From positions 2,286 through 66,285 of the forward strand of contig JAIBBU010000014.1 in NCBI GenBank assembly GCA_019694515.1: DNA of 64,000 nucleotides, in the 5' to 3' direction. Below the pieces are notes generated by a model that made no database searches, had not been told where the DNA came from, and worked only from the letters and a program-made list of their open reading frames with translations. The position numbers and the translations under genes were made by a program. This document shows, piece after piece, positions 27,621 through 37,290 of this stretch (position 1 is its first letter; the number at the start of each line of letters is the position of its first letter). The DNA comes from Oligoflexia bacterium (GTDB taxonomy: Bacteria > Bdellovibrionota_C > UBA2361 > JBGSMV01).

Positions 27621-27866
27621 ATGACTGACGCATTAGCAAAGGAAAGCCGCTTATTTCAATTAACAGTAAAGACTCTCTTCGCCGGCATGTTCCTGATCGT
27701 CGCCGCCACCGTCACCTGCTACATCAGCGTTCTTTTCACTCTGATTCAAAACCCCGCAGTGTTCATGCTGGTCGGCACCCTGGTGGCGTGCACATATATC
27801 ACTTTTCAAAATGTAAGCGCAGCCATCTTTGCGCCGGCCTACAGCAAGCACACTCGCAAACAGTAA
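27621..27866 (+). CDS. Small two-TM membrane protein, hypothetical
   Basis: 81 aa with two hydrophobic helices. AAGG lies 5 nt upstream of the ATG, and a strong intrinsic terminator follows. Confidence 0.55.
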   Translation: MTDALAKESRLFQLTVKTLFAGMFLIVAATVTCYISVLFTLIQNPAVFMLVGTLVACTYITFQNVSAAIFAPAYSKHTRKQ

Positions 27867-27893
27867 AAAAATTTCCACATTTCCAATGCAAGC

Positions 27894-27927
27894 AGGCTGC
27901 CTAAACTAGGCAGCCTTTTTCATTTTT
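27894..27927 (+). terminator. Rho-independent terminator
   Basis: The 9-bp stem is AGGCTGCCT (27894-27902) / AGGCAGCCT (27908-27916), with loop AAACT. It is followed by TTTTCATTTTT. Confidence 0.7.
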
Positions 27928-27988
27928 GGCCATTCCGTCTACAATAAGCGGAAGGGCTCTCGCGCGCTTCGCGGTTAATATCTTTACA

Positions 27989-30900
27989 ATGTCAAACGGC
28001 AAACTTCCCAAGTCCGCCTCTGGTGCGCTCAAAATCGTGGCGGCGCACGAGAACAACCTCAAGCATGTTTCGCTTGAGATCCCGCACGATCAGCTGGTGG
28101 CCGTGACCGGCCTCTCCGGTTCCGGCAAATCCTCGCTGGCGTTTGACACCGTCTACGCCGAAGGGCAGCGCCGTTATATCGAGACGTTTTCTCCATACAC
28201 GCGGCAATTTTTCGATAAGGTTAAGAAGCCGGCGGTCGATCTAATTGAAAATGTTCGCCCGGCCATCGCCATCGAGCAGCGCACCCGAGTTACCAGTTCA
28301 CGCTCTACCGTCGGATCGATGACCGACATCAATGATTATCTAAAGATTCTATGGAGCAACCTGGCGCAGCCGGTCTGTCCGAGCTGTGGAATTGATCTTG
28401 AAAGCTGGAATGCGGAAACTTTAGCCAGCAAGCTCAAAGATTTTCTCGCCAACAAACGCTTGGTCAGTTTTGTTGTAGCAGCGCGCTGCCGCATGCCGAG
28501 CAAGGTTCGGGATTGGCCCCACGAACTAAATCGCCTCAGGACCTTAGGGTTCGGACGCTTCTTGAATCCCGAAACCGGTGCGGTCGAGTTGCTCGAGGAG
28601 ATCGAGGCGCCGACGCTATTCGAAGATCAATCTCTTCTGATCGCACTCGACCGCTTCGATGCTCGATCTTACAATCTCAAGCGTGCCAAAGAATCAATCG
28701 AGCAGGCCTTTTCGATTGGCGACCGCAGCTGTCTGATCGTCTCCAAAGAACGTGTCGATGGTCAGCGCAAGTTTCTGCGTCTATGGAGCTACGACTCGAC
28801 CCCGCGTCCAAGCTTGCCATTTGAATTGCTGGAATTTCGGCAGCAGTACGGCTGCAAAAATTCCGGCATCAAGCTGGAGAAGCCGCGTCCCGCGCTCTTT
28901 TCCTTTAACCATCCGTTGGGCGCCTGTCCGGACTGCCGCGGATTTGGTCGGGTGCTGGCAGTGGATCCGCGCCTATGCATTCCGAACCCTTCTCTGAGTC
29001 TGCGTGAAAAAGCGCTGCACTGCTGGAGCGGCGAGGGCTGCAAAGCCGAGCACCGCCGGCTTTTGGCTTTCTGCGAGAAGCGTGAGATTGACCTCGATCG
29101 CCCCTGGAGAGAGCTGACCGCAGAACAGCAGCGCTTAATTTTCGAACACAAATCCAAGGAGTTTGTTGGGGTAAAGCCATGGTTTAAGCGCAAAGAAAGA
29201 AAAGCGTACAAAATGCATGTGCGTGTTTTCTTGGCGCGCTATCGCGGCCAATTTCTTTGCGAAAGTTGCGGGGGCAAGCGTCTCAAGCCCGCCGCCCTGG
29301 CATATCAGATTGCCGGGATCGATTTGCCTCAGCTTTGGGGTATGCCTGTGACGCAGCTGCTGGTTTGGCTGGAAACGCTGCGCGCTGACCTGGCTGCCGC
29401 AAAGGAGCTCTCGCGCCACCTGGAGGATGTTTTCAAGTTAATTCTGGCACGGGTGCGCTACCTCGAGGATCTAGGACTCGGCTACCTAACGCTCGATCGC
29501 CAAGCGCGCACACTTTCGGGCGGAGAAACCCAGCGGGTCAACCTAGCTACCGCGATTGGAAGCGAATTGGTTTCGACACATTTCGTGCTGGATGAGCCCT
29601 CGGTTGGGCTGCACATGCGCGATACGGAGCGCCTGAATGATTCCATTCGCCGTCTACAAGCACGCGGCAATAGTGTCCTGATGGTTGAGCACGATCTGGA
29701 TTGTATTGCTTCGGCTGACCATATTATCCAGCTTGGACCGGAGACGGGCGAGCACGGGGGAGAAATTGTCTATAACGGGCCTGTCGCCAAGTGGTCGCAT
29801 CAGAGCAACTCTGCGATCGCCGCAGATTTATCCCCTGCACGTAATTTCAAAATTACCAAGTTTCTTGAGATTAAAGCCGCCAGCCAGAGAAACCTGAAGG
29901 GCTTCGATCTCAAAATTCCATTGGGCGCATTCGCCGTTCTGGCCGGAGTTTCAGGCAGCGGCAAAAGCACGCTAATTAATGAGGTGCTGGGCAAGGCTTA
30001 TCAAGCCTATCAAACCAAGGGCCTAGAGCCTGAAAAACCCAACTATGTTTCGGGCTTCGAACAGATTGAACAGCTGATTGTAATCGATCAATCGCCGCTC
30101 TCAAAGACGCCGCGCGCCAACATCGCCACCTTTAGCGGGATTTGGGATGTGATTCGAAACCGCTTCGCAGAAACGCAGGCGGCCCAAGATCGGGCACTAT
30201 CTAGATCTGCGTTCTCTTTTAATGTCGACGGCGGCCGTTGTCCCCAATGCAAAGGAGCCGGCTTCATTCGAGAGGATATGCAGTTTTTGAGCGATGTTTA
30301 TATCCCGTGCGAGGTTTGTTTAGGTAAGCGTTTCCAATCAACGGTGCTGGAAGTTCGGTACGAGGGGCTAAATATCGACGAAGTATTGGGGCTCAGTATA
30401 TTGCGGGCGGCGGAGGTCTTCAAATCCGACCGGTCGATCCTCGCTGCGACTGAGACATTAGTTGCGCTTGGCCTTGGGCATCTAAGGCTCGGCCATCCGC
30501 TTAGCGAGCTGTCGGGGGGCGAGGCGCAACGACTGAAGCTTGTGCCCTTTATTCAGCAGAGCTCGCGCGGCAGCGCGCTGTTGATCTTTGACGAACCTAC
30601 TACAGGCCTGCATTGGCAGGACGTCAAGCGGCTGATTAAGCTCCTGCGCTTACTGCAGGAGAAGGGCCACTCCATTTTATGTGTTGAACATAATCCACTG
30701 CTGCTTCTCGCTGCGGACTGGATAATCGATCTTGGTCCTGAAGGTGGTGATGGCGGAGGTGAGTTAATCAAGGAGGGCACGCCCGATCAATATTTGAATG
30801 CTCCGCAAAGGGATCGATCGCTAACCGCCAAGTATCTGAAGTTATTTCTCTGCGATACAGGCGCCGCTGCCCCTATCTCCAGGCCTAGCGCTGCCCCCGC

Positions 30901-33454
30901 CGCAGATCGCAACACTTTGCTGATCAAAGGGGCCAAAGAGCATAATTTAAAGAACATCGATATCAAGCTGCCGCTCAATAAGGTCGTCGCAATTACCGGT
31001 GTTTCCGGATCGGGAAAATCGACGATCGCTAAGGATATCATCTACTCCGAGGGACAGCGCCGCTATCTGGACTGCCTGTCTCCCTACGCGCGACAATTCA
31101 TCAACGAACTTAAGAAGCCGGATATCGGTGAAATATTGAACATCCGCCCTACTGTTTGTGTCTATCAGCATACTTTTCAACCCTCCAGACTTTCCACCGT
31201 GGGTACGATGTCGGAGATCTACAATTTCCTACGGTTGTTATTTGCTAAGGTCGGCACACAGTATTGCCCTGTCCATCCAACTCAATCTATTACCCCCATG
31301 GCCCCCGAAGCGATGGCGGACGAGATCAAAAAGCTGCCCTGCAAGAATGTGCGCCTGCTAGCCTCGGTCATTAAACTTAAGAAGGGACATCACAAAGCAG
31401 TTTTTCAACGGGCTTTAGCTAGCGAGATCTCTGAAGTCCGCGTCGACGGTACACTTAGCAAGCCCTCCAGTTTCGAAGAGGGCTTGCCCAAGACCAAACC
31501 CCACTCCATTGATTTTGTAATCGCCAGATTTAACCCGGCCTCACTCGGCCTCGATCTGATCACAGAGGCGGTGCTTCAAACTTTGTCGATCTCCGGCGGA
31601 ACCGTCTCGGTTTTAGCCGATGGCACTGAATTTACCTACAGCTTGGAACGCGCCTGCGCGATCTGTAAGACAGGATTTTTCAAACCCGATCCGGAAGACC
31701 TGTCTTTCAACTCAAAACGCGGGGTGTGCGCGCACTGCTCTGGGTATGGGATCGATCAGAAGGGGGCTATCTGTGCGGCATGTGGAGGGGCCCGCATCAA
31801 CGCTCTGGGACGAAACGTCCGACTGACCTCAAATCAATCTCCGGGCTTGAACATCTTTCAGGCTGCGCTGCTGACTCCGGCGAAGCTGCGGGATTTTCTA
31901 CAAGAGCTACGACTCGACCGCCGTTCCGCGGCATTGGCGGAGCCGGTTCTAAAAGAGCTCGTCAGCCGCACCCGAACGCTGAGCAATTTCGGGCTGGATT
32001 ATCTGCATCTGAACAGGGACTGCACAACTCTCTCCGGGGGCGAACTGCAGCGCTTAAGATTGGCGGCCGCAATGGGGTCTCCTCTCAGCGGCGTCATGTA
32101 TATCTTCGACGAGCCCAGCGCTGGTCTGCATCCCCGCGATAACGCGCATGTACTAAAGATGTTTTCCGAGCTCAAGCATCGCGGCAACTCCGTACTCGTA
32201 ATTGAGCACGACAGCCAGACAATTGAAGCATGCGAAGCTGTTTTAGATATCGGTCCAGGGGGTGGAAGAAGCGGCGGCGAAATCGTGTTTAGTGGCAGCC
32301 TTGAGGATTTCATCACAAAATCTCAGTCTCTAACGGCCCAGGCTCTGCGCAACGAACTGCCCGCACCCGCAAATTCCGCCGCTCCGCTCAGATCCAATCC
32401 GCCGCAGCTGTCGATTAATAGCGGCTCACGAAATAACGTTCGAAATTTGGATTTAGACTTGCCGCTCGGAAGTCTGATCTCCGTCTGCGGAGTCTCGGGG
32501 GCCGGCAAGAGCTCTCTGGTCCACGGCATCTTAGTGGAAACTTTAATCAATGGTAAAAACACCAAGAACTCGCGCTGGAAGCTGGGCGATTGCGAAATTC
32601 GATCGACTCTTCCAATCGAACGGGTCTTGCAGGTTGATCAAACCCCGATCGGTAAGAATTCACGCTCTACTCCCTCCTCCTATTTGGGAATCTTTGATGA
32701 GATCCGCAAACTCTATGCCGGCTCGATCGAAGCAAAGGCGCGCGGCTGGAGCTGGAGCTATTTTTCATATAATACCGGGAAGGGGCGCTGCCCAGAGTGT
32801 AAAGGTTTGGGGCTGATTAAACTCGAGATGAGCTTTATCGCAGAGGCCAATGTGCTGTGCGAAGTCTGCGGTGGGAGTCGGTACAGCGATGAAGCCGACT
32901 CAGTGTTATACCTCGGGGTTCCGATTAGCCGCGCTCTAAACATGACCTTCGAAGAGGCGCGCCTGCATTTTGTGAATCACCGCAAGATTCATGAGCTTAC
33001 GCGCAATGCCTGCGAGTTGGGGCTCGGTTATCTGTCCCTGGGACAACCTTCTGGCACACTGTCAGGGGGCGAAAGCCAGCGTATTAAATTGGTATCAGAG
33101 TTAGGAGCCTCGCGCCGGACGGGCACGCTTTATGTCCTGGATGAGCCCACGACCGGCCTGCACAAAGCTGATGTTTATCGTCTCATTAACGTGCTGCAGG
33201 AATTGGTAGCTCGAGGCAATACCGTCGTAGTAATAGAACACGACCGCGATGTGATTGAGCGTTCTGATTATATAGTAGAAATGGGGCCGGGACCGGCGGA
33301 GGCGGGGGGCCAGATTGTTTATCAAGGCGCCCCCAATGGCCTGACGCGCGCCAAGAGTGCCTGGGGCGAAACCATCCGTGCGGAGAATCAAAAAAGTGCC
33401 CTAAAATCAGGAGATTCTGCCATTAAGCTGCGATCTGCCGCAGGCGCTTCATAA
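27989..33454 (+). CDS. Tandem-duplicated UvrA-like protein (two UvrA units, four ABC ATPase modules)
   Basis: ATG at 27989 (the track form starts at TTG 27926). The UvrA N-terminal signature occurs twice: ...VTGLSGSGKSSLAFDTVYAEGQRRYIETFSPYTRQF and ...ITGVSGSGKSTIAKDIIYSEGQRRYLDCLSPYARQF. Four Walker A loops are present, along with repeated LSGGE signatures and Zn-finger CxxC pairs in both halves. Confidence 0.9.
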   Translation: MSNGKLPKSASGALKIVAAHENNLKHVSLEIPHDQLVAVTGLSGSGKSSLAFDTVYAEGQRRYIETFSPYTRQFFDKVKKPAVDLIENVRPAIAIEQRTRVTSSRSTVGSMTDINDYLKILWSNLAQPVCPSCGIDLESWNAETLASKLKDFLANKRLVSFVVAARCRMPSKVRDWPHELNRLRTLGFGRFLNPETGAVELLEEIEAPTLFEDQSLLIALDRFDARSYNLKRAKESIEQAFSIGDRSCLIVSKERVDGQRKFLRLWSYDSTPRPSLPFELLEFRQQYGCKNSGIKLEKPRPALFSFNHPLGACPDCRGFGRVLAVDPRLCIPNPSLSLREKALHCWSGEGCKAEHRRLLAFCEKREIDLDRPWRELTAEQQRLIFEHKSKEFVGVKPWFKRKERKAYKMHVRVFLARYRGQFLCESCGGKRLKPAALAYQIAGIDLPQLWGMPVTQLLVWLETLRADLAAAKELSRHLEDVFKLILARVRYLEDLGLGYLTLDRQARTLSGGETQRVNLATAIGSELVSTHFVLDEPSVGLHMRDTERLNDSIRRLQARGNSVLMVEHDLDCIASADHIIQLGPETGEHGGEIVYNGPVAKWSHQSNSAIAADLSPARNFKITKFLEIKAASQRNLKGFDLKIPLGAFAVLAGVSGSGKSTLINEVLGKAYQAYQTKGLEPEKPNYVSGFEQIEQLIVIDQSPLSKTPRANIATFSGIWDVIRNRFAETQAAQDRALSRSAFSFNVDGGRCPQCKGAGFIREDMQFLSDVYIPCEVCLGKRFQSTVLEVRYEGLNIDEVLGLSILRAAEVFKSDRSILAATETLVALGLGHLRLGHPLSELSGGEAQRLKLVPFIQQSSRGSALLIFDEPTTGLHWQDVKRLIKLLRLLQEKGHSILCVEHNPLLLLAADWIIDLGPEGGDGGGELIKEGTPDQYLNAPQRDRSLTAKYLKLFLCDTGAAAPISRPSAAPAADRNTLLIKGAKEHNLKNIDIKLPLNKVVAITGVSGSGKSTIAKDIIYSEGQRRYLDCLSPYARQFINELKKPDIGEILNIRPTVCVYQHTFQPSRLSTVGTMSEIYNFLRLLFAKVGTQYCPVHPTQSITPMAPEAMADEIKKLPCKNVRLLASVIKLKKGHHKAVFQRALASEISEVRVDGTLSKPSSFEEGLPKTKPHSIDFVIARFNPASLGLDLITEAVLQTLSISGGTVSVLADGTEFTYSLERACAICKTGFFKPDPEDLSFNSKRGVCAHCSGYGIDQKGAICAACGGARINALGRNVRLTSNQSPGLNIFQAALLTPAKLRDFLQELRLDRRSAALAEPVLKELVSRTRTLSNFGLDYLHLNRDCTTLSGGELQRLRLAAAMGSPLSGVMYIFDEPSAGLHPRDNAHVLKMFSELKHRGNSVLVIEHDSQTIEACEAVLDIGPGGGRSGGEIVFSGSLEDFITKSQSLTAQALRNELPAPANSAAPLRSNPPQLSINSGSRNNVRNLDLDLPLGSLISVCGVSGAGKSSLVHGILVETLINGKNTKNSRWKLGDCEIRSTLPIERVLQVDQTPIGKNSRSTPSSYLGIFDEIRKLYAGSIEAKARGWSWSYFSYNTGKGRCPECKGLGLIKLEMSFIAEANVLCEVCGGSRYSDEADSVLYLGVPISRALNMTFEEARLHFVNHRKIHELTRNACELGLGYLSLGQPSGTLSGGESQRIKLVSELGASRRTGTLYVLDEPTTGLHKADVYRLINVLQELVARGNTVVVIEHDRDVIERSDYIVEMGPGPAEAGGQIVYQGAPNGLTRAKSAWGETIRAENQKSALKSGDSAIKLRSAAGAS

Positions 33455-33509
33455 TCTTAGGGTGCTCGGAATTATGCTGCTCTAACTTTCATTTAGGATC
33501 CTTCCAACT

Positions 33510-34445
33510 ATGGAATCCGCTTTCGAAGGTCTCACGCCGCACAATCGAGAACTAAAAACGGAACCAGGCTCCAATCTAGCCGCTCGACTATTGGAGCTGC
33601 GCCATGTCGATCTCACTCCTGCTCCGCCTGTCTCGCTCTCGGAATTTCAGCGCTGCTCTAGGTTTCTCCTTGCCTATGCCTCAGACCGAGAGCTGCATCC
33701 AGCTAGACAGGTTATGCCGGGACAGATCGAGGGCGCGGTACTGGTGCGTTGCCGAAACGATCAGACCGCCAGTTTGCATCCTGATCCGACAGGCCCCTCG
33801 GGCTATTGCTTCGAGCTTTTTGATGAGACCGGGCGGCTTCTTTCTCGTCGTGATCTAAAGGCCGCGCAGCTGGAAGCGTTAGCGGAGAATTGTTCGCTAG
33901 TGCCGACTCCAACACAGGAGGATCCGCTGGCGCTGACCTGTGCGCAGGTGCGAAATTTAATCGGGGCGGTGCCGCGCTTAGAACAGGCTCAACTATTGAT
34001 GCAAAAGTTCGATAGCTGGGCCGAGCCGAACCCCCATTGGTACGATGGGCGCTACGATTCTAGCGAGGCACGGCTAGCCGGAGAAATGGAGTTCGCTGAA
34101 CGCAAGGCCACGATCGAGTTTCTAGTCCAGGCGTTGCCTAATCTTTTATTTGAGGCAAAGGAGCGGAATCCGCAGCTCCTGCGGCGTGTGATTGAAGAGG
34201 AGCTGGAAGAACTCGCAAGCAAAAATGCAAATCTCCCGGGGATGCCCAAGCTGTTGCATTTTGCATTGCGCAAACTAAACCAACTAATAGCCCGGCATGC
34301 ATCGATCGAAAAGCTGCACGGGGATGCCAGCATCAGATATCAAAACCCCAGCGGAGTTTATGGTTTTGAGAATACGTATGATCGCGGAGACAAACTAGGA
34401 TTAGCCAAATTCTGCGCCCACTTGATACTGGGGCTTGATTCATAG
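33510..34445 (+). CDS. Hypothetical protein
   Basis: 311-aa ORF starting 55 nt downstream of the UvrA-like gene on the same strand. No motif recognised. Confidence 0.5.
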   Translation: MESAFEGLTPHNRELKTEPGSNLAARLLELRHVDLTPAPPVSLSEFQRCSRFLLAYASDRELHPARQVMPGQIEGAVLVRCRNDQTASLHPDPTGPSGYCFELFDETGRLLSRRDLKAAQLEALAENCSLVPTPTQEDPLALTCAQVRNLIGAVPRLEQAQLLMQKFDSWAEPNPHWYDGRYDSSEARLAGEMEFAERKATIEFLVQALPNLLFEAKERNPQLLRRVIEEELEELASKNANLPGMPKLLHFALRKLNQLIARHASIEKLHGDASIRYQNPSGVYGFENTYDRGDKLGLAKFCAHLILGLDS

Positions 34446-34533
34446 CTGCGGAATCGGGCTTTTTCTTAACCCTTCCACCGTCAATGCAGCCTCAGTATAA
34501 TACCTTCCTGATCTAGCGTGTAGAGGGAGCCAA

Positions 34534-34866
34534 ATGTCCTGCGATTCCGACCAGCCGTGTACAAATTGCTGTCAGCATTCCAAGCTGCTTTCCCCCGCTC
34601 GGATGGCGACACTCCTCTCGAAGCTTGCTGGTTGGCAGGTTCTGGAGGGTCGTCGGCTTCACAAAGAGTTTTCTTTCCCTGATTTTCGAACCGCGCTGAC
34701 CTTCACTAACCATCTGGGGGAGCTGGCCGAGCGCGTAGGTCACCATCCCGATATATTCCTAAGCTGGGGCAAGGTCCAGGTTGAGATTTGGACTCATAGC
34801 AAGAACGGGTTGACCGAGGCTGACTTTTCGCTGGCTGAACAAACCGACTTAATCCCTACAGTTTGA
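34534..34866 (+). CDS. phhB: Pterin-4-alpha-carbinolamine dehydratase
   Basis: 110 aa. LAGWQVLEGRRLHKEFSFPDFRTALTFTNHLGELAERVGHHPDIFLSWGKVQVEIWTH matches the PCD/DCoH signature (HHP...W). Confidence 0.85.
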   Translation: MSCDSDQPCTNCCQHSKLLSPARMATLLSKLAGWQVLEGRRLHKEFSFPDFRTALTFTNHLGELAERVGHHPDIFLSWGKVQVEIWTHSKNGLTEADFSLAEQTDLIPTV

Positions 34867-37058
34867 TGCCGACTAGCAGGTCTTTTCTTCCGCTCGCCTA
34901 TCCCAGCGTAAAGCGATCGCTAGCCGCACTCGCCGTAATAACTGCCCTGCTAATCGGGCTGCGGTGGCAGGCCGTTTCACATCTTTCGTCACACTACTTA
35001 GGAGGCTTCGAAGGGGACGGGGGACTGTATGTTTGGTTGACCGAGAATGCTTGGCGCGATCTTACGGAACGCCCCTGGTTTAACACCGGAGCTTTCTATC
35101 CATATGGCAAAAGTCTGGCTTGGAGCGATAACTATATTCTACCCTCGCTCAGCGCTGCTCTGCTGGAAAGACTTGGCAGCTCCCCCGTAGCTGCCTACAA
35201 TCTGACGCTGCTGGGCGCAGCCGCACTTACGGCCTTTTGCACCTTTCTTCTAGCACATGCCCTAACGCGCCGATTTGATGCCGGGCTGTTTGCCGGGATA
35301 GCGGTTCTTTCTCTTTCGTATTTTGCATCGAATCTTGGTCATCCTCAGCTGCAGCTCTTCTTCTGGGTTCCCCTGGGTTTATTGTTTCTATTTAGGTTCA
35401 TGGCTCGGCCCAATCTAGGGGATGCCGTCGTTTGCGGGGTGACAGCTGCGGGCTCTTTTCTTTGCGCAATCTACTATGCCATTTTCCTGATCGCCTCTTA
35501 TGCGGTTTTGCTTGGCGCTTTAGTCTTACTCCGACCCTGGTATCTGGCGCGGCGCGAGTGGATCGGCTTAGCGGCGGCGCTGCTGATTGGCTTTTCCCCG
35601 GCACTACCGTTTGTGTTTCCTTATGTGGCGGTGAAGTCGGCTTTTGGAGCGCGCGGCCTCTACGAAAGCTTTTATTTTTCAGCGACTGCCCTTTCCTATT
35701 TCTCAGCTGCGCCCCTAAATTTTCTATACTCTAGCACTGCTGCGCTTTCACATAGCGAGGCCTGGCTGTTCCCCGGTTTTGCAATCTTGCTCCCGGCGTT
35801 GATTTCACTAAAGCGGCTGGGCGGGACAAAGAAGCTGCGGCTATTGAACATCGCGCTTTTAGGGGCTGTCGCTGTCTGCCTGCTTTCGTCGTGCCTTAGC
35901 CAGTTTCGACCGTGGAGCTTCTACCTTTGTGCCGGCACGGCTTGGATTGCCTTGGTCTTATCTGCGCTACTCGTTTTTCGTATCGGCGCCCTGGAGCGGC
36001 AGCTTGGCTTTGAAATTTTTACCAACCGCGCACTCCAGGCGCAGTGGGCATTCCTGGCTCTTACCTTCTTGGTGCTATCACTCGGCCCGCTTGGAAATCC
36101 GGAGAAGGGCGAATATGCGCTGGGGGTCTTTCGCCTGTTCTACGCGATCTTCCCGGGGATGGATTCGCTGCGCGCCATTTCAAGGGCCGGTATCATGGTC
36201 ATTTTTGCTGCCGTGATATTAGCTTCCTTTTTCCTAGCAATCCTTGCGGAAAAAAAAGCATGGGGCCGTTATGCAATTTTAGCGCTTAGCTGCCTCGTGA
36301 TACTCGAAGGCGTAAACCGCACATATCCCTTGGATGCCGCACCGCCGCTTCCAGCCGTCCTCGCAAAAGCTCAAGAAAAACGGTTGTCTGGAGATGTGGT
36401 GTTATTCCTGCCGATGTCCAGCGGACTGGACGATAATCGACAGGTCGAAAGTTGGGGCGATTTCGCGACGAATAACGTGCGTTATATGAACTGGGCCGCT
36501 ACCGCCGGGCTGCTGACCGTCAATGGCTACAGCGGACAACGCACTAACCTGATGCGCGATTATCCCGGATTGCTGCGCGATTTTCCGGACGATCGATCGA
36601 TTGCGCGTATCAGCGCAATCTCGAATTTGCGTTTTGTCGTAGTTCAAACCGCAAAAATTCCGAATTTTAGTCGGGAAAATTTCTTCGCACGGATCAAGGC
36701 CCAAGGCACCCAGATTGCGCTGCTGGGAGCGGACGACACAGGAAACTATCTCTTCGAATTCATTGGACAAACTAAATTGTCGAACAGCACGGCGTTGCTC
36801 TTTCCCTCATTTCCTTTGGGATTTGCAACTCTTGAGCTAATGGCTCCCTATGAAAAAATCCCCCGAGAAATTGCGCTGAAACTAAAAATTGCCGATACGC
36901 AGTGGAAAGACTTAATCATTAAGACTAACGGCCTTTGGGAAAACTACGCTGTGCCGCTGCCGGAAAGTACCGATTTGGTCAAACCCTTCAAGCTGAGCTT
37001 TGAGCTCTCCGATGGAGCAGAGATCTACCTGCGCTCTAGGCGCTTTGCGCCGCAATAA
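34866..37058 (+). CDS. Large polytopic membrane protein (GT-C-like?) with a C-terminal soluble domain, hypothetical
   Basis: About 730 aa. Its ATG at 34866 overlaps the phhB stop (TGATG). There are more than 10 TM helices in the first ~480 aa, then a ~250-aa non-membrane domain. Confidence 0.65.
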   Translation: MPTSRSFLPLAYPSVKRSLAALAVITALLIGLRWQAVSHLSSHYLGGFEGDGGLYVWLTENAWRDLTERPWFNTGAFYPYGKSLAWSDNYILPSLSAALLERLGSSPVAAYNLTLLGAAALTAFCTFLLAHALTRRFDAGLFAGIAVLSLSYFASNLGHPQLQLFFWVPLGLLFLFRFMARPNLGDAVVCGVTAAGSFLCAIYYAIFLIASYAVLLGALVLLRPWYLARREWIGLAAALLIGFSPALPFVFPYVAVKSAFGARGLYESFYFSATALSYFSAAPLNFLYSSTAALSHSEAWLFPGFAILLPALISLKRLGGTKKLRLLNIALLGAVAVCLLSSCLSQFRPWSFYLCAGTAWIALVLSALLVFRIGALERQLGFEIFTNRALQAQWAFLALTFLVLSLGPLGNPEKGEYALGVFRLFYAIFPGMDSLRAISRAGIMVIFAAVILASFFLAILAEKKAWGRYAILALSCLVILEGVNRTYPLDAAPPLPAVLAKAQEKRLSGDVVLFLPMSSGLDDNRQVESWGDFATNNVRYMNWAATAGLLTVNGYSGQRTNLMRDYPGLLRDFPDDRSIARISAISNLRFVVVQTAKIPNFSRENFFARIKAQGTQIALLGADDTGNYLFEFIGQTKLSNSTALLFPSFPLGFATLELMAPYEKIPREIALKLKIADTQWKDLIIKTNGLWENYAVPLPESTDLVKPFKLSFELSDGAEIYLRSRRFAPQ

Positions 37059-37067
37059 CGCGCTTCC

Positions 37068-37134
37068 CGAAAATCTATGCCGCGAGCGGAGCAAGTGGCA
37101 TAGATTTTCGAGCGCTCGTCCGCCGGAGGCGGAC
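37068..37134 (+). terminator. Two consecutive hairpins after the membrane-protein gene (candidate terminator)
   Basis: The first hairpin has a 14-bp stem, CGAAAATCTATGCC (37068-37081) / GGCATAGATTTTCG (37097-37110). The second is a 7-bp GC stem, GTCCGCC (37118-37124) / GGCGGAC (37128-37134). There is no clear U-tract. Confidence 0.45.
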
Positions 37135-37153
37135 TCCCCAGAGGGAAAATATC

Positions 37154-37290
37154 TATAGCGGTTCCCTACGTACTAGCGCGCCGCAGATGCGAAGATTGTT
37201 CTTGCTTAGTGAGAAGCTGCGCCCCGCACGCAGGCATGGAAGTCTTAGATATGCCCATCCTCACGGGAATGACATTTGGGAACCGCTATA
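37154..37290. repeat. 13-bp perfect inverted repeat enclosing 111 bp in a non-coding gap
   Basis: TATAGCGGTTCCC (37154-37166) pairs with GGGAACCGCTATA (37278-37290). An outer pair, CAGAGGG (37139-37145) / CCCTCTG (37299-37305), extends the helix. Confidence 0.6.

Noticed and set aside
28513-32816. Many 60-140-aa ORFs in other frames and on the other strand within the UvrA-like gene (for example 28789..29211 and 31726..32142)
   Set aside because: These are shadow ORFs of a 5.5-kb gene that is well supported by repeated ABC/UvrA motifs. They have an Arg/Ser/Pro-rich composition.
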